Virus record (IMG/VR): IMGVR_UViG_3300045988_085064
DNA length: 64,000 nucleotides
From: a virus
Reading direction: 5' to 3' (one strand)
Position numbers and translations under genes: made by a program. The first letter of the stretch is position 1. The number at the start of each line of letters is the position of its first letter. Below the pieces are notes generated by a model. That model did not search any database. It was not told the DNA's origin and saw only the letters and a program-made list of their open reading frames with translations. Positions 19,199 through 28,050 of this stretch are shown piece after piece.

Positions 19199-19670
19199 CG
19201 TTAAAATCAAGCGGTTGTCTGTTAGTGCTTGCATTCCCACCTATGGTTCTAATAAGGCCGCTGGGCTTGACCTATATGCTAATATTGGTTGTGAATACGC
19301 CCGTACTACAGATGGTATGCGTCTTTTCCCAAAGTCCATTGATATTGCCCCTCATACCACAGTAAAAGTAGGCACTGGTTTGGCAATTCAGCCCCCGGAA
19401 GGCTATTGTGGACTTATCTTTGCCCGTTCTGGACTTGCTACTAAACAGGGTCTAAGACCAGCCAACTGTGTTGGCCTTTGTGATGAGGATTATACAGGTG
19501 AGTATATTGTTGCTCTGCACAACGATACAGACGAAGCTCAAATCGTCTATCATGGAGAACGCATTGCACAGCTTGTATTTATGCCCTATGAACGGGTGTC
19601 CTTTACCGAAGTAGATGAACTTGATTCTACTGAACGTGGTGATAGAGGCTTTGGCTCTAGTGGCGTATGA
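19191..19670 (+). CDS. dut: dUTP diphosphatase
   Basis: Motifs AAGLDLYA, ARSGLATKQG, GVCDEDYTGE and GDRGFGSSG. Confidence 0.85.
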   Translation: MLNVKIKRLSVSACIPTYGSNKAAGLDLYANIGCEYARTTDGMRLFPKSIDIAPHTTVKVGTGLAIQPPEGYCGLIFARSGLATKQGLRPANCVGLCDEDYTGEYIVALHNDTDEAQIVYHGERIAQLVFMPYERVSFTEVDELDSTERGDRGFGSSGV

Positions 19671-19888
19671 TTCTACCACGGCTACAAATCAATCAAGAAG
19701 GAAAATGTAAACTAGAATTATATTATCCAGATGAGACTTGTGATGAAACAGTATTTAGTATATCTGGAGCAGATAAGCCAATTTGTGAGATGTTCCTAAA
19801 CATTTTATACATGTCTTTAGATAATTACGATGAAGGCTATAATGACGGCTATATTGACGCCATGAATGACATGAATCCTCTAGAGTAA
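19667..19888 (+). CDS. Hypothetical protein
   Basis: 73-aa ORF with an ATGA overlap. Last gene of the plus-strand block. Confidence 0.4.
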   Translation: MILPRLQINQEGKCKLELYYPDETCDETVFSISGADKPICEMFLNILYMSLDNYDEGYNDGYIDAMNDMNPLE

Positions 19889-19892
19889 AAAA

Positions 19893-19927
19893 TAGGGTAG
19901 TATAGATTTAATTTCTATACTACCCTA
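19893..19927. terminator. Bidirectional terminator between convergent blocks
   Basis: Perfect 14-bp stem TAGGGTAGTATAGA / TCTATACTACCCTA with a 7-nt loop, flanked by A-run and T-rich sequence. Confidence 0.7.
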
Positions 19928-19933
19928 TAATTA

Positions 19934-20974
19934 TTATGCTCTAGCTGTATATTTTAGATAAATCCAGCCATTACGATTATTAGAATATGCTTTGAGTAGC
20001 CCCCATCCATTTTGTTCTTCGACGATAGTATAGCCACCGCCATATGGAATCGATTGTACAATACTGTAGCCAGTACCTGGTCCACTACGGACGTTTAACC
20101 CACTCTTAGCTGTAATTCGAACAACATAGCTAGTCTTGTTTGTATTTGGTTGGGTATCAGGCTTCACCGCTTCCAGTGCAGCCCAAGTGAGCTTCCCACA
20201 GATGCCGTCGGAACTCAGACCTGACTTGCACTGGAAAGCTCGAACAACACTATCCGTATAGTCGCCCCAAATACCATCAGCACCCCAAGGACTAAAACTA
20301 TATCCAGCCTTGATGAGCAACTTTTGCATTCTTGCCACAGCCTCGCCTCTGTCGCCCTTACGAAGCGTCGGATGATTTGAGGATGTAGGAGTAGAAGGAG
20401 TTGCCGGAGTAGAACTACTGCCACCCATCTCTGCCGCGACATCCTTACGGAGCTTTGCAATATCATAGCCCAGGCCCAGGCCGTCCCAGAGGTGCTGCGG
20501 GTCCACATGGTCCGTATTGCTAAGACCCCGCCGGGTGATATCATAGTGTGTTTCTACTGCTGTATATGGGTCCCAGCCGTACTTCTTACACAGTTGCGCA
20601 ATCAGCCAAACGGCATTTTTATATGTGGCCTTGGCGTAATTCTGCGCGGAGGCTAGGTCGGAAACAGTAAACCGAGCGCCTGACGTGTAATGAATCTGAC
20701 GAGGTTCACCCATTTCAATGCCAAGATACTGAGCATTGCCAGGACTACCAATGTGCCAGCATTTATAATTGTCTGGCATACAATGCAAAATAGTTGCATC
20801 ATCCACCATATAATGAACTACATATTGTGAGCCATTATTTTGCCAATAATTATATAGTGCCTTAGCACTTGGTTGTGGTGTACCAATAGAATGTAGCACA
20901 ACGCCTCTAGGTGTAAATTTTTGAGCTGCCTTGTATCGACTGTTCCCAGTACAAATTGCTTCTGTAATGACCAT
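19934..20974 (-). CDS. Endolysin: N-acetylmuramoyl-L-alanine amidase + PG-binding + SH3 domains
   Basis: Amidase_2/PGRP-like N-terminal domain. Ser/Thr/Pro linker. PG_binding_1-like GDRGEAVARMQKLLIKAGY...DGIWG. C-terminal SH3b-like GLNVRSGPGTGYSIV. Confidence 0.8.
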   Translation of the reverse strand: MVITEAICTGNSRYKAAQKFTPRGVVLHSIGTPQPSAKALYNYWQNNGSQYVVHYMVDDATILHCMPDNYKCWHIGSPGNAQYLGIEMGEPRQIHYTSGARFTVSDLASAQNYAKATYKNAVWLIAQLCKKYGWDPYTAVETHYDITRRGLSNTDHVDPQHLWDGLGLGYDIAKLRKDVAAEMGGSSSTPATPSTPTSSNHPTLRKGDRGEAVARMQKLLIKAGYSFSPWGADGIWGDYTDSVVRAFQCKSGLSSDGICGKLTWAALEAVKPDTQPNTNKTSYVVRITAKSGLNVRSGPGTGYSIVQSIPYGGGYTIVEEQNGWGLLKAYSNNRNGWIYLKYTARA

Positions 20975-21022
20975 TCAATATCCCTTCCTTTTCTTTATCA
21001 AATATAAAATTTCATCTATCTA

Positions 21023-21553
21023 TTAGCCACCAACAGCTTCTTGCATTACAATAGTAAACGTCTGGTCGCCTGTATTCTTGACCTGTTTAGCCTCAGTAGT
21101 ATATCCTTCTCTAGTAGCTGTAACGGTATATGTATCGCCAATGCCACTCAGTATGAATTGCTTAGCATTGCCACTAACTGGGTCAACCTCTGTACCATCA
21201 ACATCAGTCACAGTGATAAGAGCATCCTTTGGCGTTACATCAACAGTAAGCAGAAAGCCTTCTTGTAGAGTAACAGCGCCCTTAACTACCTTGAAAAAAC
21301 GTCCATCAAGACCAACGCCGCAATTGCCCCTACTCATAATAGGCGCACCAATTCCCTCGCCTTCAGAACCATGCAAAGTGATATAGCCAGCACCACCAAT
21401 TTTGGCTACGGTAAATAATGCGCCATCCCAGAGCTGACCGCAAGTAGATACTGCTTTACTCTTATCAACGGTTGTTGCATTTACATCACAAATTACACCA
21501 TCAATAATCTTGAGTCCATCGCCTAAGCGGATGCCACCACAAAAATTAGCCAT
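21023..21553 (-). CDS. Hypothetical structural-like protein
   Basis: 176-aa ORF with a beta-rich, Ig-like C-terminal half. No motif recognised. Confidence 0.35.
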   Translation of the reverse strand: MANFCGGIRLGDGLKIIDGVICDVNATTVDKSKAVSTCGQLWDGALFTVAKIGGAGYITLHGSEGEGIGAPIMSRGNCGVGLDGRFFKVVKGAVTLQEGFLLTVDVTPKDALITVTDVDGTEVDPVSGNAKQFILSGIGDTYTVTATREGYTTEAKQVKNTGDQTFTIVMQEAVGG

Positions 21554-21573
21554 ATTTTATTCCCCTCTCTATA

Positions 21574-22386
21574 TTATGCTTTAGCGACCCATGCTAATGC
21601 GCCATTTACAATGCCTAGCACCTTGTCATTGTCGGCAGCCGTGAATGGTGGCAGAATAGCGTCAACATATGCCTTATCAACTGCGTCATTATCTTCAGTT
21701 GGTTCGGCAGTTAGCTTGAGCTTACCTACCATAGTACCACCCGATTTAAGGATTGCACTAGCTTGAATTGCACCTGTCTTGCCATCTACATATTCTTTAG
21801 TAGTAGCATGATTTGTTGATGTTGGCACACCTACACTAACAGGTACATAAGTAGACTGTGTATCAGCCTTAACAAATGCCGCTGTGCCATCATTTGAGCT
21901 AGTCAATCTAGGCGCATTTGTGCCGGTTGGTTCAATAGTTGATCCAATATATAATAGAGCTGGACCGTCCGTGCTAATTCTATGCGCATTAACAATACCA
22001 TGCTCATTCATATTTAGGTCACTATCAATCTTGCCATCATCGCCAAGTAGGCTATGCCCATCTACATATGCCTTAGTTGCCGCGTCTTGGTCTGTAACTG
22101 GGTCGAGCAGGTCAGTGATTTTATGATTGTTCAAGCTGACCTCTGATTCAATAGCCATGCCACTATCTGTATTGCTAATGGACTTAACGCCCATAATATT
22201 ATTGCCGTTCATGTATAGGTTGCCACTCATAGGCACTGTGCCATCCGACTTAAAATCGCCTGATGCGCCATCAGCACCAGTTGTACCCTTTATATTAAGC
22301 ACGGGTCTGCCCTGTGCATCCTTGGTATAATTAAATTGATCTGAATTTAATAGATAACCACCATCTGCGGCTCTGATTGTTGCCAT
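21574..22386 (-). CDS. Tail-fibre-like protein
   Basis: Repeated (T/D)KAYVDG / KEYVDG motifs and Gly/Thr-rich beta-type sequence. Confidence 0.4.
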   Translation of the reverse strand: MATIRAADGGYLLNSDQFNYTKDAQGRPVLNIKGTTGADGASGDFKSDGTVPMSGNLYMNGNNIMGVKSISNTDSGMAIESEVSLNNHKITDLLDPVTDQDAATKAYVDGHSLLGDDGKIDSDLNMNEHGIVNAHRISTDGPALLYIGSTIEPTGTNAPRLTSSNDGTAAFVKADTQSTYVPVSVGVPTSTNHATTKEYVDGKTGAIQASAILKSGGTMVGKLKLTAEPTEDNDAVDKAYVDAILPPFTAADNDKVLGIVNGALAWVAKA

Positions 22387-22458
22387 ATATTATCACATCC
22401 CTTTCTGAAATAATAATAGAGCACCCTAAATAAAAGGATGCTCTATTATTATGTGATA

Positions 22459-22722
22459 TTACTCTTGTTTTAGTTGCTTGAACACCTGATTTACACCAGT
22501 AGCGGCCAAGCCAGAAACAATACCTACAGCTACAGCCGTAATCATATCTTGCGCAGGATAATCGGGCATGACACGCATAGCAACAGCACCTAAAATGCCA
22601 CCTAGAACACCACAGATAGCTGGTAGCCACTTGTTATCCAATGCTGTTGCTTTTAAACCAAGAGCCAATAGATAACATATAACCGTAATTGCCGCGATTG
22701 AACTAATACCTAGAATTTCCAT
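22459..22722 (-). CDS. Holin
   Basis: 87 aa with predicted TM segments (ISSIAAITVICYLLALGL, LPAICGVLGGILGAV, AVAVGIVSGLAATG) and a charged C-terminus KQLKQE. Confidence 0.6.
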   Translation of the reverse strand: MEILGISSIAAITVICYLLALGLKATALDNKWLPAICGVLGGILGAVAMRVMPDYPAQDMITAVAVGIVSGLAATGVNQVFKQLKQE

Positions 22723-22744
22723 ATTATTTTACCTCCATTATTTT

Positions 22745-23698
22745 TTAAGATGCTGTACCACGAACATAAATTTTTAATGCGCCACTGACTGCTAAGTTGG
22801 TAGGCCGAACAATGGCAATTTGTCCTGGATTTTGCATTGATGCACCAGTCCCGGAATACGAAACCGCCCATGCTCCGGCAGTTGTATTTGTGTTACACAT
22901 AAATGAATATTGTATATTCGGCCATGTTGTAAATGTAATGGGATAGTTTGGGACCGTTACTGGGAGTACATATAAATTACTCCATTGTTCAGATGGATTG
23001 CCAGAGACAGATAGACTACCCCAACATTCCGCAATCCCATCTCTATATTTCTTATAAGACCAAATGCCAGAAGACCCTTCTTCTATTAGGGATTCTACTT
23101 TTCTCCATCCTGGCTCAGCAAATGTGGAAGAACTTCTTCCATAGAACATTCGATTATATTCATCAATATAAATATGTAAGGCATACTCAGCCTTAAAAAT
23201 TACAAGAACGCCGTAGTTCCCGTGGGTGAACGAAAGGTTCTTGAAAATATCCGTCCCGACGGTCCGATAAATACCTGGAGATGTTGGATATGTCGTAACA
23301 GATTGCCAGCTTCCATATCGCTCACCAAATACCGTATGGATAAGGCCCTCTAGTGTTTGCGTTCCAGTACCACCACTTTCAAGGGGTACTGGATTAGTAA
23401 ATGATGGTAAACAATCAAACAGAAGTTGTCCTGCTTGTTGCTCAATAATACGCGATGTGAAATTACTTGTATTACCAGCATAGTGAAAATCAACATAGCC
23501 ACCATTAGTAGTCTCATCCATGCCAAGTTCAATACCTGAATCAAATGAATTAACCTTAACCTCGCCACTATTGTTAGGCATTGCCCCGTTTACAGAGGTA
23601 ACCCCGCCTTCAACTTGAGAAACTTTCGTTTTTGGATATAATGTATCATAATCCGACCCATTATATTGTTTCATTGTAATATTTTTATTTTCAGCCAT
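22745..23698 (-). CDS. Tail fibre / receptor-binding-like protein
   Basis: N-terminal GVTSVNGAMPNNSGEVKV, a degenerate copy of the fibre repeat. 317 aa in the tail-distal region. Confidence 0.4.
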   Translation of the reverse strand: MAENKNITMKQYNGSDYDTLYPKTKVSQVEGGVTSVNGAMPNNSGEVKVNSFDSGIELGMDETTNGGYVDFHYAGNTSNFTSRIIEQQAGQLLFDCLPSFTNPVPLESGGTGTQTLEGLIHTVFGERYGSWQSVTTYPTSPGIYRTVGTDIFKNLSFTHGNYGVLVIFKAEYALHIYIDEYNRMFYGRSSSTFAEPGWRKVESLIEEGSSGIWSYKKYRDGIAECWGSLSVSGNPSEQWSNLYVLPVTVPNYPITFTTWPNIQYSFMCNTNTTAGAWAVSYSGTGASMQNPGQIAIVRPTNLAVSGALKIYVRGTAS

Positions 23699-23710
23699 TT
23701 CTTACCTCTA

Positions 23711-23989
23711 TCATCCTGTTAATTCAAAATAAACTTGACCAGATTGCAAAGTTGGAGCCGTAGTCGCCACTTGAATTCTATCAGCCTTAAATGTTGCGTC
23801 GTTTAGATTTTCGGTCGCTTCGATCTCAGATGCAACATGATTAATGTTGACCGCAATCAATGCCTTTGGAGACATTGCGTCAGCCGTTACAATAGCATGA
23901 GCTGTAGTATAATTTCCAGCTTCAACATCTGCAATAAACTCATCTCGCTTATTTACATCAGAAATTCTAATATCCTGATATTTCAACAT
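23711..23989 (-). CDS. Hypothetical tail-associated protein
   Basis: 92-aa ORF, coupled (ATG overlaps the upstream stop). Confidence 0.35.
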   Translation of the reverse strand: MLKYQDIRISDVNKRDEFIADVEAGNYTTAHAIVTADAMSPKALIAVNINHVASEIEATENLNDATFKADRIQVATTAPTLQSGQVYFELTG

Positions 23990-24303
23990 TATGCTGTCAC
24001 CTCAAACCAAAAATCACCATTTTCTTGAGATACTGGTTTAGTTGATGACACCACATATGCTGGGCTATATCTTGCTGCAAAATAATCCTGTACGGCCTCA
24101 ATCGTATCATTCATATCGTTGAGGTAGTTTGCTTGAATAATCTTTCTCGCATAGTTTGGAATTTGAACAAGAATTTGTCTCGCCAACGCATAATCTTTAT
24201 TTTTCATTGCTGTCTGGTATTGATTAACAAGCTGCAAATCAGATTGCTCAATATCCATCATCCTAGGAAATGTCTGCGTTGACTCTGGGAATGTAGTTGC
24301 CAT
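23989..24303 (-). CDS. Hypothetical tail-associated protein
   Basis: 104-aa ORF in the tail module. Confidence 0.35.
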   Translation of the reverse strand: MATTFPESTQTFPRMMDIEQSDLQLVNQYQTAMKNKDYALARQILVQIPNYARKIIQANYLNDMNDTIEAVQDYFAARYSPAYVVSSTKPVSQENGDFWFEVTA

Positions 24304-24306
24304 TTA

Positions 24307-25740
24307 TCATCCCTCCTTATAGTAAGGGTAGTATTTACTTGTTGTTATAGTCATTGAATTTGATTCTCCATAATCTGCCTTGATACTCTGTATCATATAT
24401 TTATCGGATGCTGATTGATTTGACAGTGTGTATGATATAATATAGTTTACATCGAGCCATGGAATAGGAATACACCCAAGCGACATAGCATCATTTAGGC
24501 GGCATCTCCAGTATAATTCAATGTCGGCCCGTTGTTTTGCCAGATTATCTGACATGATGTTATCATATTCACCACCGTATAGAGCAATCCGAATAATGCC
24601 AATATCGCCGTTAATATAAAATGGGCTATCAGGGTTTGTATCAGAAGCAATGGCCTGAGCCTGATTATGTCCAAGAAACAGCCATGTGTTATTGCTTTGA
24701 TATACTGCAACATAATATTCATTGGCTTTGAGCATTTTGATTTGTACTCCACTTTCATCTACAAGTTTATGAAAACCAGATATGTTGTTGATTCCAATAG
24801 CTACAGGGGAATTGATATCTGTTGTAAGCGTGAATCCTATCATCGTATTTGCTTTAATGGTTGTCTCTGTAATAGAGCCATATGCCAATCTAATATTGCC
24901 GCCGCTGACTGTTGCCGTAGATGAATAATGTTGAACATCATGACTACGCCCATATACCTCTATATAGTTCTTGACGCTCTCAAAATCTGTGTCTACGCTC
25001 TCCGATGTAGTAATGCGGCTCAAAATATCATCATCTAATATAACAGGCGCATCATATCCAAACGGAATTTGCTCATAATGGAATACACCATCCACATCGA
25101 AATACATTTGATATTGAGGCAAGATATCTCGCAACTCAGATAGAATATTGTATATAGTTCCGCCTTGATTTATAGTAATATCATATGGAACGTTTTGAAT
25201 AGCTCCATCAGTATTGACACACTCAGATACAATATACTTGTTCATATTAGCCAGCTTTAACGTGGCAATAATAGCTTGGCGAACATTTGACCCAGTTGTA
25301 ATCACCGTAGGAATACTAGGAAGATTACCGTTGCGTAAACCAGTCAATTTGGACATCATATCCAACCCTTGTAATTGCAATGTTCGACTTGCCCCATCAT
25401 ATGAAAACGACGGAGCATTGATTAAATACGTGCCCTGATTATACCATTGAATTTCTTTAGTATGAATATTTTCATAGCCGATATATGGTTGAATATACTT
25501 ATCTAGCCAAATTTTACCGCCAGGCTGAATATCAAATGAGCTGTTCTGAACGACTAAGTTTACAGTACATGAACGTCGCAAGTCGCTATTGGCATCTATG
25601 GACACCTCAAGTCCAATTAAATCTCCACTAATCTCATCGACGATATTTAACTGAAAATTTAACAAATATAGCTTGATATATTTTTTGATATATGATTGCT
25701 TCAGGATAGAATAATCATTTGCCCCAATATTAAAGCCCAT
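24307..25740 (-). CDS. Tail tip / baseplate structural protein
   Basis: 477-aa ORF. Called by position in the distal tail module only. Confidence 0.35.
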   Translation of the reverse strand: MGFNIGANDYSILKQSYIKKYIKLYLLNFQLNIVDEISGDLIGLEVSIDANSDLRRSCTVNLVVQNSSFDIQPGGKIWLDKYIQPYIGYENIHTKEIQWYNQGTYLINAPSFSYDGASRTLQLQGLDMMSKLTGLRNGNLPSIPTVITTGSNVRQAIIATLKLANMNKYIVSECVNTDGAIQNVPYDITINQGGTIYNILSELRDILPQYQMYFDVDGVFHYEQIPFGYDAPVILDDDILSRITTSESVDTDFESVKNYIEVYGRSHDVQHYSSTATVSGGNIRLAYGSITETTIKANTMIGFTLTTDINSPVAIGINNISGFHKLVDESGVQIKMLKANEYYVAVYQSNNTWLFLGHNQAQAIASDTNPDSPFYINGDIGIIRIALYGGEYDNIMSDNLAKQRADIELYWRCRLNDAMSLGCIPIPWLDVNYIISYTLSNQSASDKYMIQSIKADYGESNSMTITTSKYYPYYKEG

Positions 25741-25742
25741 GT

Positions 25743-26651
25743 TTAATCCTCCGTTGGAATCATATTTGTATCATATAAGTCGGACTTAGAATCCATAGAA
25801 CCAATCTCTGTCCAATCAGCAGACACATCCATAATACCCATTCCATATTCATTACTATACGTCACAGATGGGTTACCCGTAATATATACGAGCCAAGCAT
25901 TACCATTCCAGTCCTTGATGATTTTCGGCTCTTTATTTGTCAAATAATCAAGTAATGCCGTCTTTTCTTGCTGAATGGCATTTCTATCGATTTTACCTGT
26001 TTTCTCAAATGATTTGTTTATAATCTTACCACTAATATTCCCCGTCTCGTAATTCAACAGCCCATTGCTAACCACAACTGGCATACGCCGCCCAAATGGG
26101 GTAAATACACCGACCTGTTGGACGCGGTCATTTGAATTGTAGGCTACACCATACTTGAATTTATAGATTGTATTAGCATCACAAATATATATACCCTTAA
26201 AATTTGATACTACATCATCCGTAATATAATTTCCTTCCACGCCTTCCATTACTGGAACAAACGCATACTCATATTCTTTAAAGTTGACGTTTAGCCTATC
26301 AATATAAGAAAATGATAAATCGTCCAGACTATTGACAGTAGTCTCATATAGCGTAACCCATTCAAAAGCGCCCTTCTCCCGACGCTTGACTCGAACAGAT
26401 GTAATCTGCGAACCAATCTCAGCCAAAGAGCCGCCATTCAGATTCCCATTAAATCCAGCGTTGATAATTGTAGAGAAATCCCAAGATGCTGGGATTGTAT
26501 CGTCAAAATCCATGGAACCGTTAGAACTTAAATTGAAATGATTAACTACACCACTTGAAATCTTAGTTCGTTGAATATTCGTAATTCCAGTCGGAGATGG
26601 GTCTAAAGCGTTGACATCTCCGCAAAAATTATATCCAATCAATCCAATCAT
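25743..26651 (-). CDS. Tail structural protein
   Basis: Start moved to ATG 26651 (MIGLIGYNF), 8 nt after AGGAGGTGG. Called by position only. Confidence 0.35.
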   Translation of the reverse strand: MIGLIGYNFCGDVNALDPSPTGITNIQRTKISSGVVNHFNLSSNGSMDFDDTIPASWDFSTIINAGFNGNLNGGSLAEIGSQITSVRVKRREKGAFEWVTLYETTVNSLDDLSFSYIDRLNVNFKEYEYAFVPVMEGVEGNYITDDVVSNFKGIYICDANTIYKFKYGVAYNSNDRVQQVGVFTPFGRRMPVVVSNGLLNYETGNISGKIINKSFEKTGKIDRNAIQQEKTALLDYLTNKEPKIIKDWNGNAWLVYITGNPSVTYSNEYGMGIMDVSADWTEIGSMDSKSDLYDTNMIPTED

Positions 26652-26667
26652 ATTAGACCACCTCCTT

Positions 26668-27738
26668 TTAGGTTGTCTTACCGATGGTAACATCATATAT
26701 ATTATTTCGTTTCTGTATAAAAATACACAGATTAGTTGTGCTCGTTACGTTTGACACCTCGTCACCTTTTATAGCGTAATAATATGCAACCCCAGCATTC
26801 CTTGCCGTTAGCTCAGGCCATATCGTATTGCCAGTATGCCGTAACGCTACAGTCACAATATCCCCTGATACTGTTGAAAATGTTATTAAGTCGCCATTTG
26901 TATCAAAGTCATAACCCCAAATTCTTGCCGTAAAATCATCAGTAACCGTATATCCTTCATTGAATGCTACGTAGTCGCCATCACCACGTAGGTCAATGGC
27001 CGTATTATCAATATAAATAGGGTCTTTTGGAGTCTCACCATCAATGACTGTTACATTTGATTGGAACACAATATATCCATTTTCACAATCATTGACCAAC
27101 ACAATGTTTGAAAATACTTCTGGAATATCAAATGCTGTCAAAAAATGAACTTTGCCAGTATCAACTTGAACGCCAGCATCAGATACCCCAATACATTCAA
27201 TATAATATTTGGTATTATTTCTAAACCCAGCGAATGTATAGCTCATCGTATATGGCAATGTCTTATCTTGAATATATATTTCATTACTGGTTGATAACAA
27301 AATTTGAGCATCGCTATATAAATTAAATATGCAACTATTCAATGCGTCCTTCTCTTCTTGATTATACATCACAGAGAATGAATATGATGCATTATTTACT
27401 TTTGCTCCACTTGAGATATTGTTAAACCCGAATGTCGCCGCAGTCAAACATTGAAAAGATATCGTATTTGAAGCAATAGATATGTCGCCAGTTGCGTTGA
27501 TAGTTTGAATATAAGCTAGATATTGCGTTCCATTAGTCAACGTTCCAGATGGTAACATATGCTCATACCTAAACGTGGTGGTTTCTACACTATATACAAT
27601 AGCCAACGTATCAGCATTTTGTATTGTCAATTTGTTTTTTACGACTTGGTCCCCACCAATAACCGTAAATACAAACGTGTGTGATGTGGATGCGTCAAAT
27701 GGCATTGTTGAATATAAAATTGGTTGAGTTAAAGCCAT
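26668..27738 (-). CDS. Tail structural protein
   Basis: 356-aa beta-rich ORF after GGAGGTGAAGAA. Called by position only. Confidence 0.35.
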   Translation of the reverse strand: MALTQPILYSTMPFDASTSHTFVFTVIGGDQVVKNKLTIQNADTLAIVYSVETTTFRYEHMLPSGTLTNGTQYLAYIQTINATGDISIASNTISFQCLTAATFGFNNISSGAKVNNASYSFSVMYNQEEKDALNSCIFNLYSDAQILLSTSNEIYIQDKTLPYTMSYTFAGFRNNTKYYIECIGVSDAGVQVDTGKVHFLTAFDIPEVFSNIVLVNDCENGYIVFQSNVTVIDGETPKDPIYIDNTAIDLRGDGDYVAFNEGYTVTDDFTARIWGYDFDTNGDLITFSTVSGDIVTVALRHTGNTIWPELTARNAGVAYYYAIKGDEVSNVTSTTNLCIFIQKRNNIYDVTIGKTT

Positions 27739-27781
27739 TTCTTCACCTCCAGTATAATTAACTAAAACAAATATTTTTTAA

Positions 27782-27880
27782 TTACTTTAGATTTTCCCTT
27801 ACGGCCTCCCGGTATTTTGCGGGTACCTGGGCCAGGGTGATGCGCCCCAGCCGCACCTGCAAGGTCAAAAACTGCACCAT
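27782..27880 (-). CDS. XkdX-like small protein downstream of the fibre (32 aa)
   Basis: MVQFLTLQVRLGRITLAQVPAKYREAVRENLK. TAAATG junction with the upstream ORF. Lies in the GC-rich patch. Resembles short fibre-adjacent proteins of Clostridia prophages, from memory. Confidence 0.4.
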   Translation of the reverse strand: MVQFLTLQVRLGRITLAQVPAKYREAVRENLK

Positions 27881-28045
27881 TTACTCCGTGCCTCCCATCA
27901 CAAGCTCCAGCATCGCCGCCTCCAGCGCCTCCAGTCGCTCCTCCGCCGTCGGCCCCGGCTCCGGCTGCGCGGCCAGCATGGCGTTGTATTCCGCCTCTTC
28001 TTCCGGCGTCATGTTCCGGATGACCCCGTTGTCGCTGATCCTCAA
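27881..28045 (-). CDS. Small fibre-associated protein (54 aa)
   Basis: TTG start 5 nt after GGGGTGA. Sequence ...NMTPEEEAEYNAMLAAQPEPGPTAEERLEALEAAMLEL... Lies in the GC-rich patch. Confidence 0.35.
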   Translation of the reverse strand: MRISDNGVIRNMTPEEEAEYNAMLAAQPEPGPTAEERLEALEAAMLELVMGGTE

Positions 28046-28050
28046 TTTGC

